From Candidatus Latescibacterota bacterium (GTDB taxonomy: Bacteria; Latescibacterota; UBA2968; UBA8231): DNA of 64,000 bases. The stretch is taken from the NCBI GenBank assembly GCA_964291625.2, contig OZ220089.1, forward strand, positions 3,040,001-3,104,000. Reading direction: 5' to 3'. The position numbers were made by a program, and so were the translations under genes. Below the pieces are notes generated by a model. That model ran no database searches. It worked only from the letters and a program-made list of their open reading frames with translations, and had not been told where the DNA came from. Below are positions 12,501-22,773 of this stretch, piece by piece. Every line of letters starts with the position of its first letter. Positions within the stretch are counted from its first letter, which is position 1.

Positions 12501-15500
12501 TCGGTGACCCCCGCGGTCACTCGGTAGGAGCTCTGGGTCTCGTGGTCGGGCGGGTCGTTGAACTCGAGCGTCTGCGACGACCCGGAGCCGGTCCACGCCT
12601 CGAAGGCCGAGGCGTCGGCGCCGGACAGCGTCCAGCTCAGCGCCCGGGTCGGGTGGCAGCCGCTCGAGCGGGTCACCGTGTAGGTGGCCACCGCCCCGGT
12701 GCCGTTCTCGGCGTAGGAGACCGGGCTCGACTCCGACGCCGTCAGCGTCAGCACGCAACTCGGCGGCGGCGGCACCGGCCCGGAGTTCCCGCCGGCGCTC
12801 TTGTCCGAGCCGTGGGCGTCGTCATAGGTCACGGTGACTCGCAGGCGGTAGTCCACATTCTGGGCCGTCGGGGTGTACTGCCCCGTGGGGCTGAAGGTGT
12901 CGCGGGCGCCGCGCGGGGCGTCCGCGTGCGACCAGTGCCAGTTCCGGTGGTTCCTCACACCGCCGTCCGGATCCTCCACGGTCGCGGTGACGGTTTGCCC
13001 CACTTTCGGCGGGTTCGGCGAAAAGCTCACCACCCCCGGCTCGTCCACGTTTCTCACCGACACCGACACGGCCAGGGTGTCGGCGGCCTTCCCGGGGTCG
13101 GTGGCCACCACCTCGACGCTGTAGACGCTGTCGCCGTCGGCATCGGCCGGCGCCTCGTAGTCCGGCGCCGCCCCGAAGCGCAGGGCCCCGGTCGAGCCGA
13201 TCGTGAAGGCCGACGAGTCGGCCCCCGCCCTCGACCACGTGACCCGGTCGCCGTCGGCGTCCGTGGCCGCATAGGTCCCCACGCGGGTGCTGTCCTCGTC
13301 CACCGTGACCGCCGCCGACCCCGAGATCACCGGGGCCCGGTTGGTCGAGAGCACCGGCCCGGTCGAGGTCGTGTCGGCGCTCTGGCGGCCGTGGGCGTCG
13401 GTGTAGCTCACCGAGGCCCGCAGAATCTGGCCGGCGGCCGAGGACGGCACCGTGTAGCGATACGACTGCGTCGACGGCGAGCGAGAGCGGCTTTCCGCGG
13501 TGCGCCAGGACCAGGTCGGTCCGGTGACCCCGTCCGGGTCGGTGAGGGTGGCCGTGGCCTGATCGCCCACATGGGGGCGGCTCGGCGACATCGTCACCTT
13601 CCCCGGCTCGTCCACGTCGGTCACCGTCACGACCACCGAAAACGGGGTGGAGGAATACACGCCTCCGTACTCGGCCATCAGGTCCACGTGGTAGACGTTG
13701 TTGCCGCCGTCGTCCACCGGCTGCTCGTAGTCGGGCCGGCTCTCTTCCACGAATTCGAGGGTGTTCCCGTCCACCCGGAACCGCGGCGCATCGTCGCCGC
13801 TCAGGGACCACGTCACCGGCGCCACCGGCGCGTCCGACGGGTCGGTGGCCCGGTAGGCGGCCACCGTCCGGCGATTCTCCTCGACCTTGACGCTGTCGGG
13901 CCCGACCACCTGCAGGGTCACGTCCAGAAGGTCCACCGTGGCCGTCGGATGCGCGCCCGGAGCGATCCCGTCCGGCAGATCCTTGAACCCCACAAGCACC
14001 GACTCGTCGTCGCTGTCGGCATCGGGGCGGGCCACGATCCGGAACGAGTCGGTGGCCGCCGACGCCGTGAACGACACGGTGCTGTCCGCCGCCAGGTCCA
14101 CCGTCTCGAAGTCGCCGGCCTCGGTGCCCGGACCCGGCCGCACCGTCACCTTCACCGTCACCGCCGCCACCGGCGCCCGGGGCATGTGCACCTTCACCGT
14201 CGCCGTGTCCCCGTCTTCCGTGGCCACGTACGACGAGGCGTCGAACGAGACCGTGTCCGGCCGCGGCACCACCGGGCCGACGAAGTCGGTGCCTTTCCCC
14301 CGGCCGGCCCCGTTGATCGCCCACACCTTGAAGGTGTAGGCCGTGCCGTTCGTCAGACCGTCGACCGTGTGGCTCGTGGTCACCTCCACCGTGTCCTTCG
14401 TCGTCTCGCCGCCGCCGTCCTGGCGATACCCGTAGCCGGTGAGGGCCGAGCCGTGGGTCTTCAGCGGCGGCTCCCAGGTCAGGTGCACCTTTCGGTGCCC
14501 CGGCGTCAATCGCAGGTTCAGGGGCACCGACGGCACATCGATGACGGGGTCCGACCAAGCGCTCTCGGCTCTCTGGCCCGCCCCGTGACGGTCGCGGTAG
14601 GTCACCTTCGCCATCACTTTCCTGCCCACCAGCACCGGGTGGGGATAGACGGTCTGCTCTCGGAGGGTGGGCAGGGGATCGCCGGCCGCGGCCTGGCGCC
14701 CATAGGTCTGGCTGCTCCGGGACCAGACCCACTGCGGATTCTCCTCGACCCCGTCCGGGTCCCGCAACGTCGCCGTCAACGCCTGGTTGGCCCGGGGCCT
14801 CGTCGGCGACAGGGTCACCCGGCCCGGCTCGTTCACGTCCGTCACCGTCACCGTCACGTCATGGGTCGTCGAGTCCGGCGGGGTGCTGGTGTTTCTGGCC
14901 TTCAGCCTCACCTGGTAGACGTTGTCCCCGGCCGCCACCGCGGCCTCGGTCGCCGTGGCCGCCCGCGCCCGGTCGCCCGGGGCCTCGAAGTCCGGCGGCG
15001 TCTCGAAACGGAGACGGCCCGACGCGTCGATCTCGAGGGTGTCGGCATCCACCCCCTCCAACGACCAGGTCACCGGCGACACCGCCGCCCCCAGCGTGTC
15101 CAGGGCCTGGTACGTGGCCACCGTGTCGGTGCCGTTCTCGGCGAAGGAGACCGAGTCGCGGCCCGAGATCGTCAGCCGCCGCGCCGGCGTCACCGACGAC
15201 AGAAACGACACCCCCCGGACCTGAGTGCCCGAAAGCGCCCGCACCTGCAACCGGTAGCCGACCCCGTTGGTCAGGGACGAGACCGTCGTCGACGTCGTCG
15301 ACGCCCCGCTGCCCGGCACCGGCTGCCAGTCCGTCCACGCCCCGGCCCCCGCCTTCGACCGGTACTGCCAGGTGACCCCGGCGTAGCCCGGCGAGTCCCA
15401 CGACAGCGCCGCCCGCCCGTCGCCGCCCCGGGCCCGGAGGGGGAACACCGCCGCCGCCGAAGAGACGCCCCCCGGCTCGCCCTCCGAGTTGACCGCCCGC

Positions 15501-18500
15501 GTCCGAAACTGTTGCACCGACCCCCCGTCCAGGCCTGACACCAGGTGCCGGATCGAAGTCAGCTCCGCGGTCGTCACCGCCTCCCAGTCCGACCCCCACG
15601 CCGCGCCGCCGCTTTTCTCCTGCGCCTCCAGCGTCATCGGCGCCACCGTCGAGCCGGTCTGCGGCTGGCACCACCCTCTGCTCGGGCATTGCCAGGTCAT
15701 CGTCACCGACCGCCCGTCCACGGCCATCGAGTCCAGGCGCGGCGGCCCCGAGGGCGGCGGCACCACCCCGCGGGCCGGAAAGGCCGACGACCAGGCCCCG
15801 GCGCCGCTGTCGTTGACCGCCTGCAACTGGTACCGAAGACGGTGCTTGACCACCACGTCCCCGGCGTCCCGGTGCGTGTAGCGCAGCGTGGTCGCCCCCG
15901 GCGTCGCCACCGTGTCGTACGACGACCACGCCTGCGTGCCCACCACCGCCCACTGCGACCGCAGACGATACCCGGTCACCGCCGGCGTCGCCGACACCGC
16001 CCCCCAGGCCACGTCCATCCCCGTGGCGCCCGGACTCGCCGTCAGACCCGAGGTCGGCGCCGGCGGCACCCCCGGACCCGAGCCCGGCGTCGCCGACACC
16101 TGCGCAGCCACCCCCTTGCCCACCCCGTTGACCGCGCGAACCTCGAACAGGTATCGCGTCCCGTTCGTCAGGCCCTCCGACACCGTGTGGCTCACAGTCT
16201 GCGCGTTGCTGCCCGAAATCGCCTCCCAGTCAGGGTCCCACGACAAGCCCCCGTCGGCGCTCTGCCGGAACTCATACCCCGTCAGAGCAGACTCGTGGTC
16301 CGGGGCCGAACTCCACGTCAGCTCCATTTGCTCGTGGCCTGCCGCCGCCGAGAAATCTCCCGGCTTCCCCGGCACCCCCGCCACCACCGCCGCCGTGGGC
16401 CCGCTCTGCGCGTAGTTGTACAACGTGCCCTTTGAATCACGCGCCCGGTAGCGCACCATCACCCGCAGCTGGCGACCCATGTCCCGGCCCAACGGCGTGT
16501 AGGTCCCCAGCGCCGGATAGCGAACCAACCGCGACGACGGCGTCAAGGTCGCCCAAGGGTCCGTATCGCTGCCCCGCCAATGCCATTGAAAGAACGCCCG
16601 CTCCAGGGTGCCCCCGTCCGGGTCGTCCAGCACCGCCGTGAGCCCCCGGCCCACCTGAGGCGGCGCCCCGACCAAACCCACCGTCACTCCGCAATTCGTC
16701 AAGGTGGTGTTCGTCAGAGCCAGGGTGCCCCCATCCTCCGACTCAAGACAACGCGACCCATCCCGGATTGTCGCCCCCGAAAGGTCCGCCACTCCCGTCG
16801 CCGCCACCCGGATCCCATACCAATCGTCATTGGAAGCATCGTCCGCATCATTGGACGAGCGGAAGGTGATGTTGCCTGCGCTCGCGTTGAGAGTGCCCAG
16901 GACGATCAACTCCGACCGGCTCTCGCTATCGGCCAAGAAACGCACCTCGGTCCCAGAAGTGATCGTGAGAGTAACATCCGGCCCAATCGTCAGATCACCA
17001 CCAACCCTTACGCTGCCACTCCAGGAATCATCCATCTCGATCGTGCCCGCCCAATAAGGACTCAAGTCGGCCATCACCTTCGACCCGCTCCCCCGGATAT
17101 TGGAGACCCTCACACTTGAATTATCGCCAGGCATGTTCGGATCGAAATTCGGGCCCATCCACAGCCTGCTGTTTGGGGAGGTAAAGTCACTAAGCTCCGT
17201 CCCGCCAGTCGAGCCAGGGAACGGATCTCCATCGTAGGTCGAAAGGTCCGAGAGATTGTCTGCCTCTACCAAGTCAATGAGATCATAGAACGGGTCGATC
17301 CCCTCGACTTCCCCCAGCAGGCGCGTCTCTAGTACGTGCCAAACTAGCAGGCCATCATGGACTGAGTCAGCCAGCGCCATGTTCCAGCCGGCGCCGGTCT
17401 GCCGATTCTCGACCAGAAAGAAGTCGTCCCTGGTGTGTAGTGCACGAACTCGATACACATCGTCCTGGTAGTCCGAACGGTCGGCGGAGTAGGTCAGCTC
17501 CACGCCTCTCTCAAAGTCCGTAACATCCGTTGGAGTAATCCAGCCCAAACTAATCCGGTGCTGGGGCGCCAAGGGTGCCGGATTGTCGCCTCGCCGTGCC
17601 GTCCCCTTGTTTCCCCCCGAAGCCATAAGACCCCACTCATTATAGCTCCGGTTATGGGGGCTATCAGGAGCAGAATAGTAGTCACCTAGACCCAAGACAT
17701 GACCAAACTCATGGCAATGAACTCCAATGTGCGAGAAAGTAGCACGGTTGCGCTCCACGTTCTCCAGTCCTACCTCCTCCCATCTCTCAGACATAAGGTA
17801 CACACCGGCAAAAAAGCTTGGATGCAGACCGCCGTCACTATACAAATTTCCAGCATAGATGATGCAGACCTTCTTTGTGTGGAGATCAAGGGAGAGATCG
17901 ATCTCTTCCTGACTGGCCACCGAGTCCCATACGGCATCTCTGAAGTGAAATTTGGTATTCCCATGGAAGTAGCTCTTAGTTTCACCCAGTTGCACCCATA
18001 TGGGCACACCCGCCTTTGTCGCTGTGTTGACAACCCGTCCCTTCAGAGTATAGGTACCCTTCGACATGTCTGCCCAGTACTGGCGCATACTGCCAAACAC
18101 CGCTTCACCATCGGGCGAGGCCCTGTCGCCTGTATAGCTGTCTCCAAATAGCAGGTTCGTAAAGTCACTCATAGTGTACTCGGGATAACCCCCGGATTTC
18201 CTGTCGCCTGCAAGATCCATGGGCCAATCTGCATCATTCTGATGTTTGACATCGGAGAACTCCACCAAGACGACCAGAAGTGACTCGGGCAGGACTGCGC
18301 GAGCGCCGTGTCTGGCGCCATAGTCCGACTCAAGTCCTCGGTGTCTCCGAGCCCTATCCCTCAGGACAGCCGCGTTCTGCCTACCCAGTCGCCTCACTTC
18401 TCTAGCCCCGTCATCTCGACCCACCCGGAATGAACTCGGAGCCGCATGGCCGGCGCTGTCGTAGCGGGCATAGTGATAGTAACCCGTACTCGAGTCCCGA

Positions 18501-18727
18501 ACGACATATCCTCTCTCGGCTGCCAGGTAGTGGCCAAATTCATCGATGAATTCGCGAACGGCGAATTGGGTGCTGTCCGGCTGTGTGAGTTCAACAGTAC
18601 CCAGCTCTGTGTTGATCGGCAGAGCCGGCTGAACCCAACAGAGGACCACGAGTGCAAACAGACTGGGGCGTATCACTTGGATTGCTCCATGGATGCCAGA
18701 AGTGCGTGAACGACCGAGCGGACTCAT
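9572..18727 (-). CDS. Giant secreted M6-family (immune inhibitor A-like) metalloprotease with FN3/cadherin/Ig repeats and C-terminal FlgD-Ig (PNPFN) domain, 3051 aa
   Basis: Signal peptide, LLVVLVEFSD, HCHEFGHVLGLGD zinc motif, WGLMASG, FFLVENRQ, GLLVWH. Many FN3 (LTNGTxY) and cadherin (PDYE/PDFE, VTDVNEP) motifs. Ends APNPFN...SGIYLYRL...GKLALIR. Confidence 0.93.
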   Translation of the reverse strand: MSPLGRSRTSGIHGAIQVIRPSLFALVVLCWVQPALPINTELGTVELTQPDSTQFAVREFIDEFGHYLAAERGYVVRDSSTGYYHYARYDSAGHAAPSSFRVGRDDGAREVRRLGRQNAAVLRDRARRHRGLESDYGARHGARAVLPESLLVVLVEFSDVKHQNDADWPMDLAGDRKSGGYPEYTMSDFTNLLFGDSYTGDRASPDGEAVFGSMRQYWADMSKGTYTLKGRVVNTATKAGVPIWVQLGETKSYFHGNTKFHFRDAVWDSVASQEEIDLSLDLHTKKVCIIYAGNLYSDGGLHPSFFAGVYLMSERWEEVGLENVERNRATFSHIGVHCHEFGHVLGLGDYYSAPDSPHNRSYNEWGLMASGGNKGTARRGDNPAPLAPQHRISLGWITPTDVTDFERGVELTYSADRSDYQDDVYRVRALHTRDDFFLVENRQTGAGWNMALADSVHDGLLVWHVLETRLLGEVEGIDPFYDLIDLVEADNLSDLSTYDGDPFPGSTGGTELSDFTSPNSRLWMGPNFDPNMPGDNSSVRVSNIRGSGSKVMADLSPYWAGTIEMDDSWSGSVRVGGDLTIGPDVTLTITSGTEVRFLADSESRSELIVLGTLNASAGNITFRSSNDADDASNDDWYGIRVAATGVADLSGATIRDGSRCLESEDGGTLALTNTTLTNCGVTVGLVGAPPQVGRGLTAVLDDPDGGTLERAFFQWHWRGSDTDPWATLTPSSRLVRYPALGTYTPLGRDMGRQLRVMVRYRARDSKGTLYNYAQSGPTAAVVAGVPGKPGDFSAAAGHEQMELTWSSAPDHESALTGYEFRQSADGGLSWDPDWEAISGSNAQTVSHTVSEGLTNGTRYLFEVRAVNGVGKGVAAQVSATPGSGPGVPPAPTSGLTASPGATGMDVAWGAVSATPAVTGYRLRSQWAVVGTQAWSSYDTVATPGATTLRYTHRDAGDVVVKHRLRYQLQAVNDSGAGAWSSAFPARGVVPPPSGPPRLDSMAVDGRSVTMTWQCPSRGWCQPQTGSTVAPMTLEAQEKSGGAAWGSDWEAVTTAELTSIRHLVSGLDGGSVQQFRTRAVNSEGEPGGVSSAAAVFPLRARGGDGRAALSWDSPGYAGVTWQYRSKAGAGAWTDWQPVPGSGASTTSTTVSSLTNGVGYRLQVRALSGTQVRGVSFLSSVTPARRLTISGRDSVSFAENGTDTVATYQALDTLGAAVSPVTWSLEGVDADTLEIDASGRLRFETPPDFEAPGDRARAATATEAAVAAGDNVYQVRLKARNTSTPPDSTTHDVTVTVTDVNEPGRVTLSPTRPRANQALTATLRDPDGVEENPQWVWSRSSQTYGRQAAAGDPLPTLREQTVYPHPVLVGRKVMAKVTYRDRHGAGQRAESAWSDPVIDVPSVPLNLRLTPGHRKVHLTWEPPLKTHGSALTGYGYRQDGGGETTKDTVEVTTSHTVDGLTNGTAYTFKVWAINGAGRGKGTDFVGPVVPRPDTVSFDASSYVATEDGDTATVKVHMPRAPVAAVTVKVTVRPGPGTEAGDFETVDLAADSTVSFTASAATDSFRIVARPDADSDDESVLVGFKDLPDGIAPGAHPTATVDLLDVTLQVVGPDSVKVEENRRTVAAYRATDPSDAPVAPVTWSLSGDDAPRFRVDGNTLEFVEESRPDYEQPVDDGGNNVYHVDLMAEYGGVYSSTPFSVVVTVTDVDEPGKVTMSPSRPHVGDQATATLTDPDGVTGPTWSWRTAESRSRSPSTQSYRYTVPSSAAGQILRASVSYTDAHGRQSADTTSTGPVLSTNRAPVISGSAAVTVDEDSTRVGTYAATDADGDRVTWSRAGADSSAFTIGSTGALRFGAAPDYEAPADADGDSVYSVEVVATDPGKAADTLAVSVSVRNVDEPGVVSFSPNPPKVGQTVTATVEDPDGGVRNHRNWHWSHADAPRGARDTFSPTGQYTPTAQNVDYRLRVTVTYDDAHGSDKSAGGNSGPVPPPPSCVLTLTASESSPVSYAENGTGAVATYTVTRSSGCHPTRALSWTLSGADASAFEAWTGSGSSQTLEFNDPPDHETQSSYRVTAGVTDGSASTSREVTVNVTDVNEPPAISGPASKSVPENTTEVATYTATDPEDDSVTWELVTGSGTFRIGRDSGVLAFQSAKDYEALTSYTYTVKIRATDDGSPEEDTTRTVTVTVTNVNEPGTVTLDPTAPQTCAHTTGTLRDEDGGINTESSDSPPGFPYGWQWIPQTSSRSPTATSTTQSYLPSNSLVGQTIRVTLQYGDNASSRNTATTTSGVVRANAPRSIPRFTATGGQRRADLAWTAPNDCGASVTYTYKYRLSGGSWTTRTTTSTSAGITGLAAGAYEFELTAGNRAGNSATETATATVTGAPGTLTLAPDPPSTCAHLEATLTDADGGINTESSDSPPGFPYGWQWIPQTSSRSPATTSTTQSYLPSNSLVGQTIRVTVQYGDNASSRNTATRTTAAVQVNTPRAIPGFSATGGRGRVDLAWTAPNDCGASVTYTYKYRLSGSTTWTTRTTTSTSAGITGLAAGAYEFELTAGNSAGTSGTETATATVTPVNRPPVVTGPANPTVPEDTTPVGTYTGTDPDGDRLTWTTGSGFSVSPTSGPSGESTTLAFDEAPNYEVDATSQSTTVTATDPHGASHSYAVTIAVGNEDDPGEVTVTPDSPRVGETVNAVLTDEDGGVRGDPWSWSSEAAAARGQDGPGDNVPRVGNTWTAWKGAVGRHLVASRTYSDNHGSGKSASGRTQGVVRANKPKAPPDFDAVRGDGQVRLSWGAADDQGAAIDYYQWRRNGTTWQSTGTSRTKTVTGLDNGTPYDFQVRAHNSEGFGPPSSDSATPAGKPDAPGGFSHGRSSANSVTVSWDEPEDNGSAITTYYWSKRGTFFWDSETTVTSTEFTDSSSPNSEQHRYRVRARNSVGMGPYGYYTVPAEEQRSARFKPVAAFADSTGFGVLTAPNPFNSQTLIHLALPEEGEVTLSVHSLTGQTVARLYENTPLEAGLHALAWPGVDDRGRPVGSGIYLYRLIAGDRIHLGKLALIR
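11030..12085. repeat. Internal tandem duplication (~570 bp, Ig+FN3 module) in the 3051-aa gene
   Basis: GGINTESSDSPPGFPYGWQWIPQTSSRSP...APNDCGASVTYTYKYRLSG occurs twice. Confidence 0.85.
12140..14851. repeat. ~2.7-kb direct repeat, copy 2
   Basis: Matches 3010-5721. Confidence 0.95.
15584..16872. repeat. ~1.3-kb direct repeat, copy 1 (linker plus first FN3 domains), shared with 24114-25402
   Basis: Offset 8530. Shadow ORFs 15888..16415/24418..24945 are identical, with only scattered SNPs elsewhere (e.g. FFQW vs FFRW). Confidence 0.95.
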
Positions 18728-18728
18728 T

Positions 18729-19559
18729 CTAGTTTGACGAGGAGCGTGTTACCCACTCCTTGATTTCGCCAAAGGATTTCTCCTTCGCGACAGTCGCTAC
18801 CTCTTCAGTTGACTTCAGATAGTATCTCATTTCGCCACCTGCGTGTTCCCAACCGATCCAATAGCCGGAGTAGAGAACGCCAAGTCCAGGTGCGAATACG
18901 CAGTAGGAACCCCCTTCGAAAGCGTTGAAGTCGAACACGTACAGCTCCACTATCTCGTCCAATACACTCTCTTGCCAGAGGCCGCGCTGTCTGATCCGGT
19001 TGAGATGCGGAATCGCATCCCACTCATGCCGCGCAAAGGGGCCACCACGAGAGAGACGAAAGCCCTCCCATTCTACGGATAGCTCCCCTCCCAATAGTAC
19101 CCCTCCGACGGATATCTCGCTGACGTTTGCCTGTTCATAGATCACATACCTGGCTCGGGGTTCCCTGGCCAGCAAGGCATCGTCTACCGGTGGTCCCCAT
19201 ATGTCCCAAAGGAGCTCTTCCGAGGCATTCCGCACATCATACTGCCAGGTTCTCCCGGCCTCGTCGACCCGGTACAGGCCACCGTCATCCAATTCGAGAT
19301 AGGTCCGGTCTCCTATCTGATGGCTCCTAACGACCTTGAGGGTTTGGGTGCCGACGTCTTGCGAATCCCGATAGGCGATTCCATCTTCGTCGCGGCCGTA
19401 CTTGACCTTCTCGACTGAATAGGTCCAAGACTGGCCGACTCTCACGGACGTAGGAAGGGGAAAGGGAGGACACCAAAGGCTTTGCTCTCCCAGCCCAGCG
19501 GTAGGCAGCATCAAGATGCTCCCTACTACCCCAATAGCAGGAATGATGGATTTGCTCAC
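18729..19559 (-). CDS. Secreted partner protein (276 aa), family shared with 22770-23561 and 27277-28080
   Basis: Signal peptide, VGQSWTY motif, C-terminal VATVAKEKSFGEIKEW. Stop is 1 nt before the ATG of the M6 giant gene; lower GC. Confidence 0.85.
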   Translation of the reverse strand: MSKSIIPAIGVVGSILMLPTAGLGEQSLWCPPFPLPTSVRVGQSWTYSVEKVKYGRDEDGIAYRDSQDVGTQTLKVVRSHQIGDRTYLELDDGGLYRVDEAGRTWQYDVRNASEELLWDIWGPPVDDALLAREPRARYVIYEQANVSEISVGGVLLGGELSVEWEGFRLSRGGPFARHEWDAIPHLNRIRQRGLWQESVLDEIVELYVFDFNAFEGGSYCVFAPGLGVLYSGYWIGWEHAGGEMRYYLKSTEEVATVAKEKSFGEIKEWVTRSSSN

Positions 19560-22500
19560 GTGGACCTCCTTCGATTTCGATCTCCGAGAGTCAGAGGCTT
19601 TGTCACCAAACAGATGAGTTGCTTCGGCTGGTCGATGTCCCGTTCGTCAGGCTCGAGACGGTCACGCTCACCGCCGCCGTGGGACCGGGCGCCCTTGGAA
19701 CGGGCCGCCGGGGGAATCGTCACCCAGCGGTCCGGATCCCACGTCGCGCCCCCGTCCGAGCTCCGGCGATACTCGTTCCCGGTCACCGGCGAGCCGTGGG
19801 CCTCGGCCGGGTCGCAGGAGATCATCACCTCGCGGCTGCCCGCCACGGTCGTGCAGTTTGCCAGGGCCCCCGGCCGGCCCGCCGCCACCGCCGCCGTGGG
19901 CGCGCTCTGCGCGTAGTTGTACACGATCGCGCCGCCCCCGAACCGGGCCCGGTAGCGAAGCGTCGCCCGAAGCATCTGCCCAAGCACCTCCTCCTTCGGG
20001 ATGTAGGTCCCCTTCGCCGGGTAGCGCACCCTCGTGGACGGGGCCAGGTTCGCCCAGGCATCGGTGGCGCTGGCCCGGCCCTGCCACTGCCAGAACTCCT
20101 CGTTCAGCGTGCTCCCGTCCCCCGGGTCCAGAGACGCCGTGAGCCGACCCCCCAAGACCGGCGGCGTCCCCGTCAGATCCACCGTCAGACCGCAGTTGGT
20201 CAGCGTCGTGTTCGTCAGGCTCACCGTCGAGGCGCCGCGCAACTGCAGGCAGCGACGCCCGTCCCGGATCGTGGCCCCCGACAGGTCCGCGATCCCCGTC
20301 GCCGCCACCCGGATCCCATACCAATCGTCGTTGGAGGCATCGGCCGCATCGCTGGCTGAGCGGAAGGTGATGTGGCCCGCCCCGGCTTGAAGGGTCCCGC
20401 CATTCTCCACGATCAACTCCACCCGGGCCTCGTCCTGCCCGTCGCTTTCTTCGTCGGTGTCCTCGAAGCGGACCTCGGTCCCCGCCTCGAGGCGCAGGGT
20501 GGCCGCATTCGTGCCGTCGCCGACGACGAGGTCGCCGCCGACGGTCACCGGGCCGCTCCACCGGTGTTCCCCCTCGGCGATCGTCACGCCGTTCAGCGTC
20601 GCCGTGCCCCCGCTCTCGACCCGCACCCCGTGCGTGTCCGTGCGGGCCCCGGCCCGATCCACCGTACCGAAGGTCACCCCCGTGCCCACCGTCAGGTGGG
20701 CGCCGGCGGACACGATCAGCTCCGGATAGTCGCTGGCGTCGGGGCCGGTCGGGGCCAGGAAGTTCACCGTCGTCCCGGCGGCGATCGTCACGCTCGTGCC
20801 CCTTTCGATCGTCACGTCCCCGCCCACGTACACTGAATCCGGGCCCCAGGTCTCTATCCCGTCGATGGGGCCGACCCAGTGATCGAAATAGATGTCGACC
20901 AAGGCGCTCCCGGTGGCCGGGTTGGCTGTATTCCTGGTCACCCGGATGTTGCGAAACGCCAGACGCGAGGGGGCGTCGTCGTTGTTGGGGCAATGGAAAG
21001 AGTTGCGCCGAAGGTGACTGTCGTCCGCGGCCTGGGTGCCCACCGGGCGCAGGTCGGGACGGGCCAAGGTGGGCGTGGCCGGCAAGCCGGTGCCGTTCGT
21101 GTGGGTCGGCAGGGGCAGGAAGGTGGACCGCATCCCGTTGCCTTCCAGCGCGCCGAACGGGTCGGAGATGCGGTCAATGCAGGGATACACGGCGCTGCTG
21201 CTGAAGCTCCGCGGCGTCCGCCCTTCGGTAATCGTCCCTGTGAACCCCGTCGCAGGAGTGCACGGAGGGTGGTTGGTGTCCGGCTGGGGGGGGCAGCCCA
21301 TGGTGGCATTGTACACCGAACGGTTGTCCGCCGGCACCAGACGGGGTTCGTCCTGCTCCGCCCCCGCGCTCCGCTTCCAGATCATCAGGCCCGGCGCCTG
21401 GTCGAATCGATACCAGCCCGTGTACCGTCCGAACCCTTCGGCGGTGCGGAACTCCACGGCGATCTCCGAGCCGTCGGCGCCTTCGATGAAGTAGTACCGC
21501 CCTGGTTGGATCTCCTTGTTCTCTTGGCTGGCCGTAATCGTCTCCCAAGTGCCCCAATTCAGGTCCCGCAGGTAAGTCGGGTTGTACGGGTTCGGGCAGG
21601 ATGCAAAAGCATACTTGTAGGAGCTGCTGGAGTTCGGCTGTCGCCCCTCGACCACCGGCCCGTCGATCCCGCTATTCATGGTGCCCAGCCGGCCATTCGG
21701 CCGCCTTGTCCAAAGGACAGCCGGTTGGCGCATGTGGCCGTTCGGCGCGTGTACACCTCCGTCCCATCCCAACGGCCGTCCGGATGCGAGAAGCCCAACA
21801 GGTGGCCGATCTCGTGCGCGTGGATGCCGATGCCTCCGAACCGGTCCGCCTCGTGGGAGTCCCTTCCGGAGCCCTGCCGCTCCGCGGCCACGTAGCGGAA
21901 ATCGATGTCGGCGAGTATGGCTGGATTTGGATTTGCACTGGTAATGCCGTCCGCCTGCGGATGGATCTGGCTTCGGACCAGCGGGTGCCCGGGGTCATTG
22001 AATTGGGCTCCGGCGTAGAGATACAACACCTTGTGGCGCAAGCGCCGCGCTTGGCTGGCATTGACGCCGGGAGGGTCGTACGCCGTCGAGTCCAGATCCC
22101 AGGACCGCACCGAATCGAGCGTTGCATTTCGGGCGTGAAGCCAGTAGTCACTGTTCCACAGGGTGCGTCTGGCCCGCTCCGCGTAGTAACCCTTGGTCTC
22201 CGGTAGCTCTACCCAGATGGGGTAGCCATCCCTGTCCTCCTCGTTGAGCATGCGCACCCGCAGCTCGAAGTCGGGGTCGGAGGTTTCGTCGCCGCCGGAG
22301 ATCACGTGGAAGTAGTGCCGCAGGCTGCCGAACACCTCCGGCAGCGTTTCGCTGACGCCGTCGTCGTTGTCGGCCACTATCTGGGTCCCGGTAAACGCCG
22401 GGATATCCACGCCCGTCTCCCCATTCTCGGAGTAGCGATACCCGCCGCTGAACATTCGCTCCCAATCGTCCATCGTGTAGCTGGACGTCCCCGGTTCCAG

Positions 22501-22773
22501 GGCGCCGGTGGTGCGGTTTACGGTGTAGCCGTGCGGCCGGTCGTGCAGGTGGTAATCGAAGGTATCCGCCCGAACGCTGACGTTGCCCAAGGCGTCAGTG
22601 ACGCCGGGGTGCCGGGCCGTGGTGTCCCGGAAGGTGACCAGCACCACGGACAACGTGCACGGACTGGTCCAGGCGTTCTGCAACTGGCCCGCCGCCGGGG
22701 CCTGGGCCTTGAGAGCGTCGGCCCCGGCAACCACCAGCAGGGCCGCCGGAAGAAGGCGACGGACGATTGTCAT
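19556..22773 (-). pseudogene. M6-like metalloprotease cassette (type B head) truncated in its first FN3 domain; one frameshift at ~21685
   Basis: ATG 22773 (MTIVRRLLPAALL), VVLVTFRD, HAHEIGHLLG. Joining MAGW to GTMNSG needs one extra G in a G run. Carries the conserved linker DDWYGIRVAATG; no C-terminal PNPFN domain. Confidence 0.8.
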
